A DNA stretch of 64,000 nucleotides from Candidatus Poribacteria bacterium (lineage in GTDB: Bacteria; Poribacteria; WGA-4E; PCPOR2b). Shown in pieces: positions 1-9,816 of the stretch (within the stretch, counting starts at the first letter, position 1; each line of letters opens with the position of its first letter). Made by a program: the position numbers and the translations under genes. The DNA is taken from the NCBI GenBank assembly GCA_965208675.1, contig OZ242351.1, forward strand, positions 192,001-256,000, written 5' to 3'. The notes beneath the pieces were generated by a model. It ran no database searches. It was not told where the DNA came from and saw only the letters and a program-made list of their open reading frames with translations.

Positions 1-1811
1 GTTGATTTGTGGGCATATACAATGGTTGCCACACCGTCGTGTTTTAAAACACGGTAGATTTCCTGAAAGGATTGCTTAAGTTTCTCCTCAAAAAAACACT
101 TCGCCGCGCTTTTTCCACCTTTTCGATATGGAGCAGACACTATTTCATTTGATTTAGGCGTTAACGGTGTTGAAAATAATTCTGGATACAAATTCCCTAC
201 CGTCCTTTTTAGCCAGACGTAAAAAAAATCGGACAAGCTAGCATACCCAATATTGTCGTAATACGGCGGATCTGTGAATGCAGCATCGAAGAAATTATCA
301 GGATAAGGAAGATTTGTAGCAGAGGACTGAGTGATTGTAGCCATGGCCGATGAACAAGAGTTGCCAATGTCTAATGGTTCTCTTATAGTTTCTATTGAGT
401 TAATCCAACTCGTGCTTATTTTCCCTAAGCAATTTACCTCAAAGTAATCGAAAACCATTGGTATTGCATTTCTACCACTAAACACATGTATGTTTTGTTC
501 CGATCCAACCTTCCATCTACAAAAGGATGTTGAAAACGAGGTTAATCTGTCTACTGCTAACGACAAATAACTCACCACTACTTTCGTATATTCCTCATGG
601 TATCCTTCGGTCACCATCTTTTGGCACACTATCTTGACTTTTTCAGCGAGAGTAATCAATGTAAGCTTCTGCCTTGAATTGAATAGTTGGCCCCATTCAT
701 TAAAGCCGTAACCCCTTCCTGCGACTGTGTCGGGGTTACTGGTGTTCATTTGCTCATTTGGCACTGAATCCAATCCCCATTCAGACGTCAACTGCTGCCG
801 TTTATCTGTAAGGAACGCCTTGGCGGATTCAAACACCGAAAGATCAAGATCCGTAACCACGCGATAAAGCTTTCCGGTTGTGCCCGGCTTGTGTGTTACA
901 ACGGCGATCATTCGTTCTCCCGCTTTCCCATCCTTAAACAACTGTCGTGTCAACTTCGCTTCTACGGTACCACGGCAGACAGGACACACCACCACAGCAC
1001 GTGAAACGGTGCCTTTAATCGGGTCAAAATTGTGGGGCACCGGTTCGTAACCATCGCCCACAATCTTGAAGTTTAATTCCTCATTGTCACTCAAAGGATA
1101 GAGTGAAACCTTCTTTTTGGGCTTATTCGCTAACCAGAAATGCCCCATTAGCGGAATTTCCGCCCCACACGACGGATTTTGACATGGAATCGTCCTCGCC
1201 CAGATCCACCCGACTGGGATTGAACCGTCGTTATCTTCTGGATAAAATCGCCCCAGTTCTCTTTTCGCCTCCGCAAGCACCCACGTACCCCATTTCTTGA
1301 CATCTTGGAACAAAGAATTTTGGGCTGGCTCGTTAAAATTAAGTTCTTCAGAGGCGCTTTTTATTGATCGTCCGAACTTCTGCGGGTATTGCAGCGTGCA
1401 CTTCTGAATCAGAACCGCAACAGGGTTGAGGTCGTTGGAATAGGTTTCACAGCCAAGCCGAAGCGCCTCCAGTGGAATTGCCCCGCCACCTCCAAAGGGA
1501 TCGAGAACTTTTGGAGGAACGCCTCCGTTGGCTTCGAGAATTTCTCTTCGTGCCGTTTCAATTATATTAGAGTTTAGTGAGTTTTCCCACTTTGAGAGAT
1601 CACTGATAAAATTCCGTTTCCTGTTCCAATCCTCGGTGTCTTTGGGCGGCGGAGTCAAGGCGGCGTAAGCGGTAGCGCGTGATGCGGCAAGTGGTCGCCG
1701 TGCCCACCAGAGATGGAGCTTTGAGATATGTCCGTATGGTGGAATCTTTTCATTAGCAGATTGCTCGCTGACTTCTTTGACGGGGAAACTCTCTTCAATG
1801 AAACGTTTCAT
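1..1811 (-). CDS. DUF1156-family adenine-specific DNA methyltransferase (3' end outside window)
   Basis: Manual translation from ATG at 1811: MKRFIEESFPVKEVS...HLWWARRPLAASRA (DUF1156 signature), LDPFGGGGAIP (SAM-binding), CQNPSC/CPVC zinc motifs, FTDPPYYDN (N6-adenine catalytic motif). Missing from the ORF track because it runs off the edge. Confidence 0.9.
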   Translation of the reverse strand, partial: MKRFIEESFPVKEVSEQSANEKIPPYGHISKLHLWWARRPLAASRATAYAALTPPPKDTEDWNRKRNFISDLSKWENSLNSNIIETARREILEANGGVPPKVLDPFGGGGAIPLEALRLGCETYSNDLNPVAVLIQKCTLQYPQKFGRSIKSASEELNFNEPAQNSLFQDVKKWGTWVLAEAKRELGRFYPEDNDGSIPVGWIWARTIPCQNPSCGAEIPLMGHFWLANKPKKKVSLYPLSDNEELNFKIVGDGYEPVPHNFDPIKGTVSRAVVVCPVCRGTVEAKLTRQLFKDGKAGERMIAVVTHKPGTTGKLYRVVTDLDLSVFESAKAFLTDKRQQLTSEWGLDSVPNEQMNTSNPDTVAGRGYGFNEWGQLFNSRQKLTLITLAEKVKIVCQKMVTEGYHEEYTKVVVSYLSLAVDRLTSFSTSFCRWKVGSEQNIHVFSGRNAIPMVFDYFEVNCLGKISTSWINSIETIREPLDIGNSCSSAMATITQSSATNLPYPDNFFDAAFTDPPYYDNIGYASLSDFFYVWLKRTVGNLYPELFSTPLTPKSNEIVSAPYRKGGKSAAKCFFEEKLKQSFQEIYRVLKHDGVATIVYAHKS

Positions 1812-2032
1812 TCCAGTTCCTCTTGTCCCATTTTTCGATTCTTAGCTAGTTTACGTAGCGCAGACTCGACCCTCCATTCTGACGCCTTTTCCTGAAGTTC
1901 AACCGAGGTATACTCACTTCGAAACTCTCCCAAGCCACCAATCCAACTTAATTTTGGCTTCTTTTGTCGCCGAAACTCCTCTTCAGTTGAGTAGGAATCT
2001 TGATTGCATTTATCAAAGACGTTAGATTTCAT
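1808..2032 (-). CDS. Small DUF2281-like protein (putative antitoxin-like)
   Basis: KPKLSWIGGLGEFRSEYTSVELQEKASEW resembles the DUF2281 C-terminal motif. Its TGA overlaps the methyltransferase ATG (ATGA). Start 2032 (MKSNVF) preferred over the ORF-track start 2131. Confidence 0.55.
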   Translation of the reverse strand: MKSNVFDKCNQDSYSTEEEFRRQKKPKLSWIGGLGEFRSEYTSVELQEKASEWRVESALRKLAKNRKMGQEELE

Positions 2033-2195
2033 AATGTGTATCCCGCCGCTTTTTGGTTCGTAGTAGCGCAATTCATTGCGCATTGGGTTAAGTGAAAAGT
2101 TGTCCTGCAATATACGGGCAAAGTATCGCATGCATTCGAGTCAGCGCGTTGTTTCTATACCGGCACGCGATCCACGACGTAATTTTAGGTGCATC

Positions 2196-4220
2196 TTAAG
2201 AAGCCCCGGTTTTTCCTTCGCCGAAAGCACTGCGAATCTCTTTGAAGAGCTTAATGGCTTTACACCGCGTTTCATCAGGCAACGCACTGGCATCGTTCAT
2301 ACCGCTAAGCTTTTTTTGCAATCGCTTTGCGATTGGTCCCTTGTTGATTTTAATATCTCTTTCGTTCATGAAACGCTCAACTCTTTTCCAGAGTATGTCA
2401 TTACCCTGTAACGTAATCTCTTCTACACCAGCGTTTGCAAGTTGTTTGCTGTAAGCATCTTTAACAATCTCCACAAAAAAATATTCAGGGAAAAGATCTT
2501 CAATCGCAAAATCACCACAGGCACTTACAGCATCGCCTAGTAGAATAACTTCGGTTTGATTCTTTTTATATCTCTCAAGCCACTGTTTAACGAGTTTATC
2601 CCGAGCACGTCTTCCCTCATCGTCAGAGTCAAACAAGGCAACCACGTTAAGATTCTGCCCAATCATAAAGGTCGTAATATGGACGGCGGGCGAGGCGCCA
2701 CCCCCCGCTGTAATAAGGACATCCTTTGGTAGAGCTTCCTCCCCATGTTGTTGGAGTAAGTTTGATAGCTCCGTGAGGATCCAGTAATCATCAACCCCCT
2801 CTACAACAAGATTGCGTTCGGCGACGAGAAAACTGTGTGAGGCATCCATTCCTAACGCCGCCTGAAGCACCAGTTTTGCTTCTGGTGGACTTTCCGTAAA
2901 GTTAGTTGTCACTACAATACCATTATCTGTTTCTGTCAATATTCGGATGCGGGCTGGGCAGTTGAGATCGATCATGAAGGGGAGATGTGTCGTATAGAGA
3001 AGCGTATTCCCCTTTGCATAGTGTTCAAGACGACGCAGTAGGTCTTTTTGAGCATCAGGATGAAGATGAAGCCCTGGTTCGTCCAGAAGAACGACACAGC
3101 CTTCAAACGTTCCTCCACTCTCATGCATAAACATGAGATCGAAGGAAAAAAACCACTGAAATCCTTTCGATCTTTCCTCTAGCCGAATGAGCGCTGGATC
3201 ATGATCGTCCTTTACGAAAGTGAAGAAACGCTGACCATCGGCACGGTATTCAACTTCATAGCGACGCTGACGAAGTCGATTCGAGATTTCACTCGTTAGC
3301 GTTGCGGCACCATCATCAAGATCTAATTGCCGTTGCTCAATTTGTTCCTCATTACCCTGCCCTAACTGAATCAGCTCGTCCAGGTCAAGAATAGATAAGC
3401 CAAGGATTGTTAAGAATGTGTTATCTGCGTCTGTGAGATGATTTTGGTCTTGTCGAGATTTAATCTCATCGAGCTGCGCGGTACCGCTGAAGGTCCTATA
3501 GTCGGACATATAGATAAAGGTGGGTAAATTATCGGTAATGTAATCGGCTGCTTCTAATCGGACAGAGGGTATTTGTTCAAGCGCAGGAACAACATTTTCA
3601 AGGCTAGAAAGGTACTGGTTCAAAAAATATTCCTCGATTTGCAGTGGTGGATCCGAAGGTGATAGCGAATCCTGCAACAACGCAGCGTGCTTTTCAGCTA
3701 TTTCACTCAACTCTACGAATTGCCCTTTAACAGCAAGGTGACACAATTCTTTTAGGCATTCCTCCGCGATTTCTTTGAAGCGGCCACCAAAGTCGTTTTC
3801 AATCTTGGGCACGCTTTCAAGAGCGTTATTGACGGATTTTGGGTCGAGTTCATGTAAGAAAATTCCCTCCGGGAAGTCTACCTCCAATTCCCCTGCATAA
3901 TTCCGTGAAACTTCCACAATATCTGGAAAGTTTTCCCGATTCGTAATTTGGGCGAGATAAGATTTCTCTTGGTCTGAAAGTCGAAAGCTTGCCCGACAGA
4001 CTTCTTGTTCTTCACTCCGCTCTCTTCGATGAGCACGAGGCCATTCCCTGTCCATCTGGTATTGATCCGGGCTGTAAGGGTTGAGTTTATGAAGTGCCTT
4101 CAGAAGGGAAGTCTTGCCCGACTCATTCTTACCGACTAGCACCGTTAGGGGATTCACGTCAACCCAGCCAGAATCACGAATTCCTTTGTACATTTTTACA
4201 CGAAAGGCAATTAGGTCCAT
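2196..4220 (-). CDS. OLD-family ATP-dependent nuclease (ABC ATPase + TOPRIM)
   Basis: Walker A GKNESGKTS, signature ERSKG, Walker B/D-loop LLDEPGLHLHP, H-loop YTTH, TOPRIM VVEGVDD and ALFDSDDEG, late IEDLF. Confidence 0.88.
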   Translation of the reverse strand: MDLIAFRVKMYKGIRDSGWVDVNPLTVLVGKNESGKTSLLKALHKLNPYSPDQYQMDREWPRAHRRERSEEQEVCRASFRLSDQEKSYLAQITNRENFPDIVEVSRNYAGELEVDFPEGIFLHELDPKSVNNALESVPKIENDFGGRFKEIAEECLKELCHLAVKGQFVELSEIAEKHAALLQDSLSPSDPPLQIEEYFLNQYLSSLENVVPALEQIPSVRLEAADYITDNLPTFIYMSDYRTFSGTAQLDEIKSRQDQNHLTDADNTFLTILGLSILDLDELIQLGQGNEEQIEQRQLDLDDGAATLTSEISNRLRQRRYEVEYRADGQRFFTFVKDDHDPALIRLEERSKGFQWFFSFDLMFMHESGGTFEGCVVLLDEPGLHLHPDAQKDLLRRLEHYAKGNTLLYTTHLPFMIDLNCPARIRILTETDNGIVVTTNFTESPPEAKLVLQAALGMDASHSFLVAERNLVVEGVDDYWILTELSNLLQQHGEEALPKDVLITAGGGASPAVHITTFMIGQNLNVVALFDSDDEGRRARDKLVKQWLERYKKNQTEVILLGDAVSACGDFAIEDLFPEYFFVEIVKDAYSKQLANAGVEEITLQGNDILWKRVERFMNERDIKINKGPIAKRLQKKLSGMNDASALPDETRCKAIKLFKEIRSAFGEGKTGAS

Positions 4221-4277
4221 AGGAAAATCTCAACTCTCCCAGATTCGTTATATTTTGTCGATATATCCTCTACACCG

Positions 4278-7200
4278 TCAGCGCAAATGGATTTCCTCAT
4301 TGCATTTTACCCCTTTTTTCTGAATTTCATCCAGAGAGATCAGATGCCGAACCACTTCAATCTGCTCTTCAGGGTGCGTCTCCTCGGCTGGGTTCTGGAT
4401 TGTGTACAGGACAGGCTGCGTTCTTGCGTTGAGTACGGCGTAAAGGAAATAGTCCGATTTGAACTGCTTGGCTTTGAACCACTCATTTTGCGTCAAAGAC
4501 ACGGCGCCAAGCCCGGCTCGCGCTTTGACTTCGATATACCGTTTCACCCCTCCCTTATCTGTTGAGCGGACATCGAAACCCAGGTTATCGGAGGAAACGT
4601 CTTCGGGCGTGCGTCCATATTGCCGTTCGTACCCCATCGCCACCTCCATGCCGATGCGCTCAATTTCCGGATCGCTTTTCATGGCTGAAGTTTCAGTTGG
4701 CGCGGGAATTACCCGGATCGCACCGAGGTAATTGGGCGTACTCTGGGTCAGGTTGCCTTCTTGGGCAGTGGTTAGTTCTAACGTTTTGAGGCTATCTTCG
4801 TAATCCTGCTTCTTTTCCTCCTTGTTGCGCACGAGGCGATCGACATTTTCACCCTTCTCGCGGCGCTCATAGAGCGAAATCAAATCGCTGTCCAGTTGGA
4901 GGATGAGGTAGTTAAGCGACTTGAGTCCATACTTCTCTTTAATCGCCGCCTGCCGTTTCCGTTCAACTGTAAGTTCGTCCTTATAAGCCCGAAGCACAGG
5001 TATTATATCAGGCATGACTATGGCTTTCAAGCCATCAGTGTCTTCCGATGCGACTTGCTGTGAACTTTCCGCTAGGTCCCAGATAACTGTGGGGTCAATA
5101 GGTTCGACCATTTTTGTATCGGTGCTCACATAGAAAGCAAACAGCCGCGCCCCTGCAACCTGCCCCTTGCCGTCGCGAATCTCGCCCTCATAGAACAGGA
5201 TGACGCCGTCCCAACTCCCGTCGGGGTCCTCAAAAACCGCCCCTTGTGTCAGGTTGTCCGTGAGGTTTTCATCCACCCAACCGAGCACGGCTTCAAACAC
5301 TGGATGACCAAAGGAGATGAACTCCGCGTCCGGGTTTCTGAACGCGAGTTCTTTTTCGAAAGTGGCTTTCGGATAAGATTTCATTATCCCGCCGTGTTTC
5401 CGCTTGAAGGCATCTTTTTCGGCAATCCTGCGAATCGGCACCGGAATCCTTTCAATTGCTAGAAATCCATCGCGTCGGTCTCGCAGCCTTCCGTTGAACG
5501 GCGCGACGGCTTTTCGGAAAAAGGCTTCCGTATATTCAGGAATCAGACGCCTTTCCCGTGCGCGTTCCGCCATCTCTCCGAGTCGAGTGTAGTCGATGTA
5601 ACGCGTGGCAAGGCTTTCGCCCAAGTTTTCTTTGACTTCGGCAATGTAATTTTCATTTACTTCAATGTTAATTTCTGCGAGAATCTCTTCGGTGCTCTTT
5701 GCGTTGGCTGCCGCCTCTAGCATTAGGTGATTGAGATTCACGTCGTATAACACTTCGTTCAACACGTCGAACACTTTGTCGCTTCCCAGGGCGTTTTTGA
5801 TCTCGTCAATCTTCTGAAAAAGCGCCGTCATCACCTCGCCTTCTCGCGTGTCCTTGGCGACGAGGTTATAGACGAATACCTCGCGCGTCTGGCCGTAGCG
5901 GTGGATTCGCCCCATGCGTTGTTCCAGGCGGTTGGGATTCCACGGCAGATCGTAGTTAATCATCAGGTGGCAGAACTGAAGATTGATGCCTTCACCAGCA
6001 GCTTCCGTGGCAATCATAATCTGGCTTTGGTTTTTGAATTCGCTCTCCGCCTCAATCCGCTCTTCGAGTCTCAATCCGCCGTGAATCACCGTGACGGTAT
6101 ATCCCCAACCCTCCATTTTGCGCTGAAGGTATGCCAAAGTATCCCTCGATTCGGTGAAGATGAGGATTTTTTCCCCGCGGAAACGATCCTCCAAATCGTC
6201 CAGCGTCCGCTTTAACTCTCCAAGTTTGAGTTCGCTTTCGTCATCAATTATCGTCCTCGCCAAATCAGCCAAGGTTTCAAGCGTTTCAATTTCGCGTTCC
6301 AGTTCCTCTCGATTTTCGGCGACAGAAAGCGTCTCCCAAATCTCCTCCTCCTTCCACCGTTCCTCCTCGCTCAAATCGTCGATGGTCTCAAAATCGTGGA
6401 CGTATTCCGTTCGTTTTCTTTCGACGGCGCCTTCCAACAATTCGCAGAGGCGCACTCGCCGCCGCTTCAGCGAAGTAAGCAGTGCATAGGTGCTTGACGC
6501 GAGTCGGCGCTGCAGGATAACGAGCGCAAACGCCACGTTGTTCCGTTTGTCCTTAGTCAGCGCCTTATTATATTGGCTATGAACATACTTGGAAAGCGCG
6601 TTGTAGAGTTCCATTTCGTGCGGAGAATCAACGCCGAGGTTGAAAGGAAGCGTCGTGACGTGCCGGGGCAAAAACAGCGGTTTACCCTCAAAATCCTTCA
6701 AATCTTCTTTCACCCGGCGGATAAAGAGCGGATTGTCCCCCGCCGTGACGGATTCACGTAAATCTTGACTGGTGGCGAAGAAGCCCGGTTCAAGCAGATC
6801 CAGGAACAATCGAAAATTCTCAGGGTCGCCCTTGTGCGGCGTAGCGGTGAGGAAGAGGAGATGGGTTGCTGATTTTGATAGCATCTCGCCCAGCCGATAA
6901 CGACTCGTCTTGTCGAGTTTATCGCCGTACTGGTACGCCGCCATCTTGTGCGCCTCATCTACAATAACCAGATCGAAGGGGGCTGACGCAATTGCGGGCA
7001 TGACATCGTCGCGTTTGGCAAAATCAATGGAGGTGATAATCTGGGACTCGCGGCTCCACGGATTTTCACCGGGTACCGAATCGAGAACGGCGCGATCCAT
7101 AATACGGAAACTCTCTTCAAACCGCTCCTTCAATTCCCTTCGCCACTGGTCTTTGAGATGCCCTGGCGCGACAATCAGTGTCCGGGAAATCAGATGACGG

Positions 7201-7625
7201 AGTTTTAACTCCTTGATAATAAGCCCCGCCATAATCGTCTTGCCGGCGCCCGGGTCGTCGGCAATCAGGAACCGGATGCGCGGCAGCTTGAGCACATGAC
7301 CGTAGACTGCCTCCACCTGATGTGGCAGCGGATCCACCTTAGAGGCGCTGACCGCGAAAAGCGAATCGTAGAGCGCTGCATTGCGGTAACGCCGCGCTTC
7401 AAGGCTGAGGAACACGTCCCGCGCCTTTGCCTTGAAGTCGAGCGAGACTTTCCCAACCTGCAACTCGTTCACTTCGTCGCGGGTGAGCATGGCGTCAATA
7501 TGATCTCGCGAATTGACGGTTGAGCCAACCAATCGGATGTATTCCCCAATCTCTTCCACGAGATCGATTTTCACCGGCTCGGGCCAATGATGGGATTCTA
7601 TGATGTCTCCGCTTTTAATGTTCAT
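4278..7625 (-). CDS. SNF2-family helicase with C-terminal DUF3883 PD-(D/E)xK nuclease
   Basis: LIADDPGAGKT, VDEAHK, LTATP, ATEAAGEGINLQ, PWNPNRLEQRMGRIHRYGQ; C-terminal GFDVRS...YIEVKAR. Confidence 0.93.
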   Translation of the reverse strand: MNIKSGDIIESHHWPEPVKIDLVEEIGEYIRLVGSTVNSRDHIDAMLTRDEVNELQVGKVSLDFKAKARDVFLSLEARRYRNAALYDSLFAVSASKVDPLPHQVEAVYGHVLKLPRIRFLIADDPGAGKTIMAGLIIKELKLRHLISRTLIVAPGHLKDQWRRELKERFEESFRIMDRAVLDSVPGENPWSRESQIITSIDFAKRDDVMPAIASAPFDLVIVDEAHKMAAYQYGDKLDKTSRYRLGEMLSKSATHLLFLTATPHKGDPENFRLFLDLLEPGFFATSQDLRESVTAGDNPLFIRRVKEDLKDFEGKPLFLPRHVTTLPFNLGVDSPHEMELYNALSKYVHSQYNKALTKDKRNNVAFALVILQRRLASSTYALLTSLKRRRVRLCELLEGAVERKRTEYVHDFETIDDLSEEERWKEEEIWETLSVAENREELEREIETLETLADLARTIIDDESELKLGELKRTLDDLEDRFRGEKILIFTESRDTLAYLQRKMEGWGYTVTVIHGGLRLEERIEAESEFKNQSQIMIATEAAGEGINLQFCHLMINYDLPWNPNRLEQRMGRIHRYGQTREVFVYNLVAKDTREGEVMTALFQKIDEIKNALGSDKVFDVLNEVLYDVNLNHLMLEAAANAKSTEEILAEINIEVNENYIAEVKENLGESLATRYIDYTRLGEMAERARERRLIPEYTEAFFRKAVAPFNGRLRDRRDGFLAIERIPVPIRRIAEKDAFKRKHGGIMKSYPKATFEKELAFRNPDAEFISFGHPVFEAVLGWVDENLTDNLTQGAVFEDPDGSWDGVILFYEGEIRDGKGQVAGARLFAFYVSTDTKMVEPIDPTVIWDLAESSQQVASEDTDGLKAIVMPDIIPVLRAYKDELTVERKRQAAIKEKYGLKSLNYLILQLDSDLISLYERREKGENVDRLVRNKEEKKQDYEDSLKTLELTTAQEGNLTQSTPNYLGAIRVIPAPTETSAMKSDPEIERIGMEVAMGYERQYGRTPEDVSSDNLGFDVRSTDKGGVKRYIEVKARAGLGAVSLTQNEWFKAKQFKSDYFLYAVLNARTQPVLYTIQNPAEETHPEEQIEVVRHLISLDEIQKKGVKCNEEIHLR

Positions 7626-7678
7626 GGAAAATGGTTACCTCATTTGATACTATTGAAATCATCAGGTGTATCGCTTCC

Positions 7679-7764
7679 GCCTAACCACACGCGTAAACGG
7701 TGACACTGAACGACCAAAACCGCGATCGGTCTTTAATTTGGATCTCAACTGAGTACTGTTGGGT
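7679..7764. other. Degenerate attC-like recombination site
   Basis: On the minus strand, 7 nt after the upstream gene's stop: ACCCAAC (RYYYAAC) ... GTTAGGC (GTTRRRY), 86 bp, with a central GACC..GGTC inverted repeat. L boxes pair poorly. Confidence 0.3.
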
Positions 7765-7771
7765 TTGGCGT

Positions 7772-8932
7772 CTATGACAAATAAAAATATATCTGATCAA
7801 GGGCTAAAAGCGCCTGTAATGCTTTGACTGATGTATAATCTTCCTCGGCTGCAGCACCATGTGCAACGCTGTGCCTTGATACGTCAACCATACCCGTTTC
7901 AAGATTGAATTGTGTAAAAACGCTGCCGTTGAGATAATTCAAAAACATTCCGGGAAAGAGTAGCGACTGGCTGTCGCTCGCGACTCGCTGTTGTCCAACG
8001 TCCGTCAGATGGAGTATCAATTCTTTCAGCTTTACCCCATCGCCCTTTCCTGTGTCCTTAAAATACGCATAACGCATGACTCCTTCAATTTCGGTATAAA
8101 GGGTCTTAATGCAGTTTATAAAACCGCTTTCAGTCCCTTGCTGAAAAGCATCAATACCTGCTTGCAGCAGATGTTGCTTTTCCTGAAAAATGCAATTTTC
8201 CCACCACTTTTCAGTCATTCTTCTCACGCGTGATTCATCGAATGAATCAAGCAGTGCCCCTACCGTATCATCGTAAGTGAATTTCTCATTCTCATAGGTG
8301 CCGGCTAATGTTTTGTAGTCGTTTCCTAGAATTTCAATGAAGGGAAACCACCCATCTTTTAGCATTTCTTCAAATTGCGTTTCTGATTCTAGGCTTTGAT
8401 ACACATACTGAAAACTTAAGGTCCTATAAAGCCTCCCTAGGTTAACCTGCATTGACGCAATATCAAATCCGTTAGCAGGGCCTAGTAAGTTAAAATACAG
8501 TCCGAATTTCCAGCCGACTTTTAAGCAACAGATAACGCTGTCGTGTTCTTGTATTGCTACACCCGGAAACCTCACCTGTCGAATATCTGCAATATCGCTT
8601 TCTGTGACAACTGTTCCCGATTCTATACTGCGCTTGGATAGCATCTCTATCTCCATGGGAAAATCATTGATATAAATATGTGCGCTCAAATCAGGGTGAA
8701 TTAGTATCAGAAAACTATGGATATCATTGACGTTTAATAGGCGTTCTTTACCATCAAGGTGAAACCTAAGACCATTCAAATAGGTGCTTGATAGCTGCTC
8801 TATAAATCTGTAAAAATTTGCATCGTCGGACGTGAGACTGGCAGACGCCAATGCGTAGAAATAGTGTTCTTTAGGGACGTTGCAAACCGTAAACCCGGTT
8901 AGACTTTTGACCTTGTCAACGATTAGTCGCAT
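7772..8932 (-). CDS. Hypothetical protein with C-terminal HEPN-like RxxxxH motif
   Basis: 386 aa ORF, GGAGG RBS, AT-richer than neighbours; IEGVMR helix and SRHSVAHG followed by a terminal helix. Confidence 0.65.
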   Translation of the reverse strand: MRLIVDKVKSLTGFTVCNVPKEHYFYALASASLTSDDANFYRFIEQLSSTYLNGLRFHLDGKERLLNVNDIHSFLILIHPDLSAHIYINDFPMEIEMLSKRSIESGTVVTESDIADIRQVRFPGVAIQEHDSVICCLKVGWKFGLYFNLLGPANGFDIASMQVNLGRLYRTLSFQYVYQSLESETQFEEMLKDGWFPFIEILGNDYKTLAGTYENEKFTYDDTVGALLDSFDESRVRRMTEKWWENCIFQEKQHLLQAGIDAFQQGTESGFINCIKTLYTEIEGVMRYAYFKDTGKGDGVKLKELILHLTDVGQQRVASDSQSLLFPGMFLNYLNGSVFTQFNLETGMVDVSRHSVAHGAAAEEDYTSVKALQALLALDQIYFYLS

Positions 8933-9075
8933 GACTTTTTATTTGCCTCCTATTCAATAAATATCTGTTTCACTTCCTTGCCAATCAATCTTTTAAGCCC
9001 GTGTTCCTTAGCTGTTCCGTTGGCGGGAAAGAGGCGACATCACCTGAGGATTCACTCTTACCTACCCCAAAATAC

Positions 9076-9105
9076 AAAAAAAGCCCCGCTTGATGACGAG
9101 GCTTT
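9076..9105 (-). terminator. Rho-independent terminator after rpmA
   Basis: Minus strand AAAGCCTCG-tcatcaag-CGGGGCTTT followed by a T tract. Confidence 0.8.
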
Positions 9106-9135
9106 GAGTTTGGATAATCCGATTGGAATATGCGG

Positions 9136-9402
9136 TTAGAAATCTGGGCGTTCTGCGTAGACGCTGACTTTTCTGCGGTATTTGTCCTTCCGCTCAAACC
9201 AGACGTAGCCGTCAATCTTTGAGAAGAGCGTATAGTCGCTCCCAAGCCCGACGTTCGTGCCCGGATGAAGGTGCGTCCCACGCTGCCGAACGAGGATGCT
9301 TCCTGCTGTCACGTGGTTTCCAGCGAAACGCTTCACGCCAAGTCGTTTGCCGCAGCTATCCCGCCCATTACTTGTACTTCCGCCGCCTTTTTTATGCGCC
9401 AT
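9136..9402 (-). CDS. rpmA: 50S ribosomal protein L27
   Basis: [34 protein letters not shown]. Confidence 0.98.
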   Translation of the reverse strand: MAHKKGGGSTSNGRDSCGKRLGVKRFAGNHVTAGSILVRQRGTHLHPGTNVGLGSDYTLFSKIDGYVWFERKDKYRRKVSVYAERPDF

Positions 9403-9745
9403 TTTCTGCTGCCTCCTCGGGGCTATGTTCTTGTTGAATTTCAGTGATTCGTAATCGAGTCAATCTCTGCCGGTGTCCGAGCTTACGTTTGTAGCCTTTT
9501 CGTCTCTTTGATTTGAAAACAACAATCTTCTTCGCTTTTCCCTGCTCAACAACCTCTCCAATTACGGCGGCTTTTTCCAAATAAGGCTCCCCAACCTGCA
9601 GATCGCCTTCGCCGTCTCCAATCGCTAATACTTCCGGGAACGTAACAATTTCGCCTACGGGAACTTCAACCTTTTCAACATCAATCAGTGTCCCCACTTC
9701 AACGCGATGCTGTTTTCCACCGGCGGCAAATACAGCGTACATCAC
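9392..9745 (-). CDS. rplU: 50S ribosomal protein L21
   Basis: [14 protein letters not shown]...[16 protein letters not shown]; precedes and overlaps rpmA. Confidence 0.97.
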   Translation of the reverse strand: MMYAVFAAGGKQHRVEVGTLIDVEKVEVPVGEIVTFPEVLAIGDGEGDLQVGEPYLEKAAVIGEVVEQGKAKKIVVFKSKRRKGYKRKLGHRQRLTRLRITEIQQEHSPEEAAENGA

Positions 9746-9816
9746 TTTCTCCTTTAAAACGAACAGTTATGAATGCGAGCCTACATTATCGGAAATACCG
9801 GTAGGCACGATCAAAA

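Noticed and set aside
8985-9281. 98-aa ORF overlapping rpmA
   Set aside because: Alternative frame running through rpmA and its terminator
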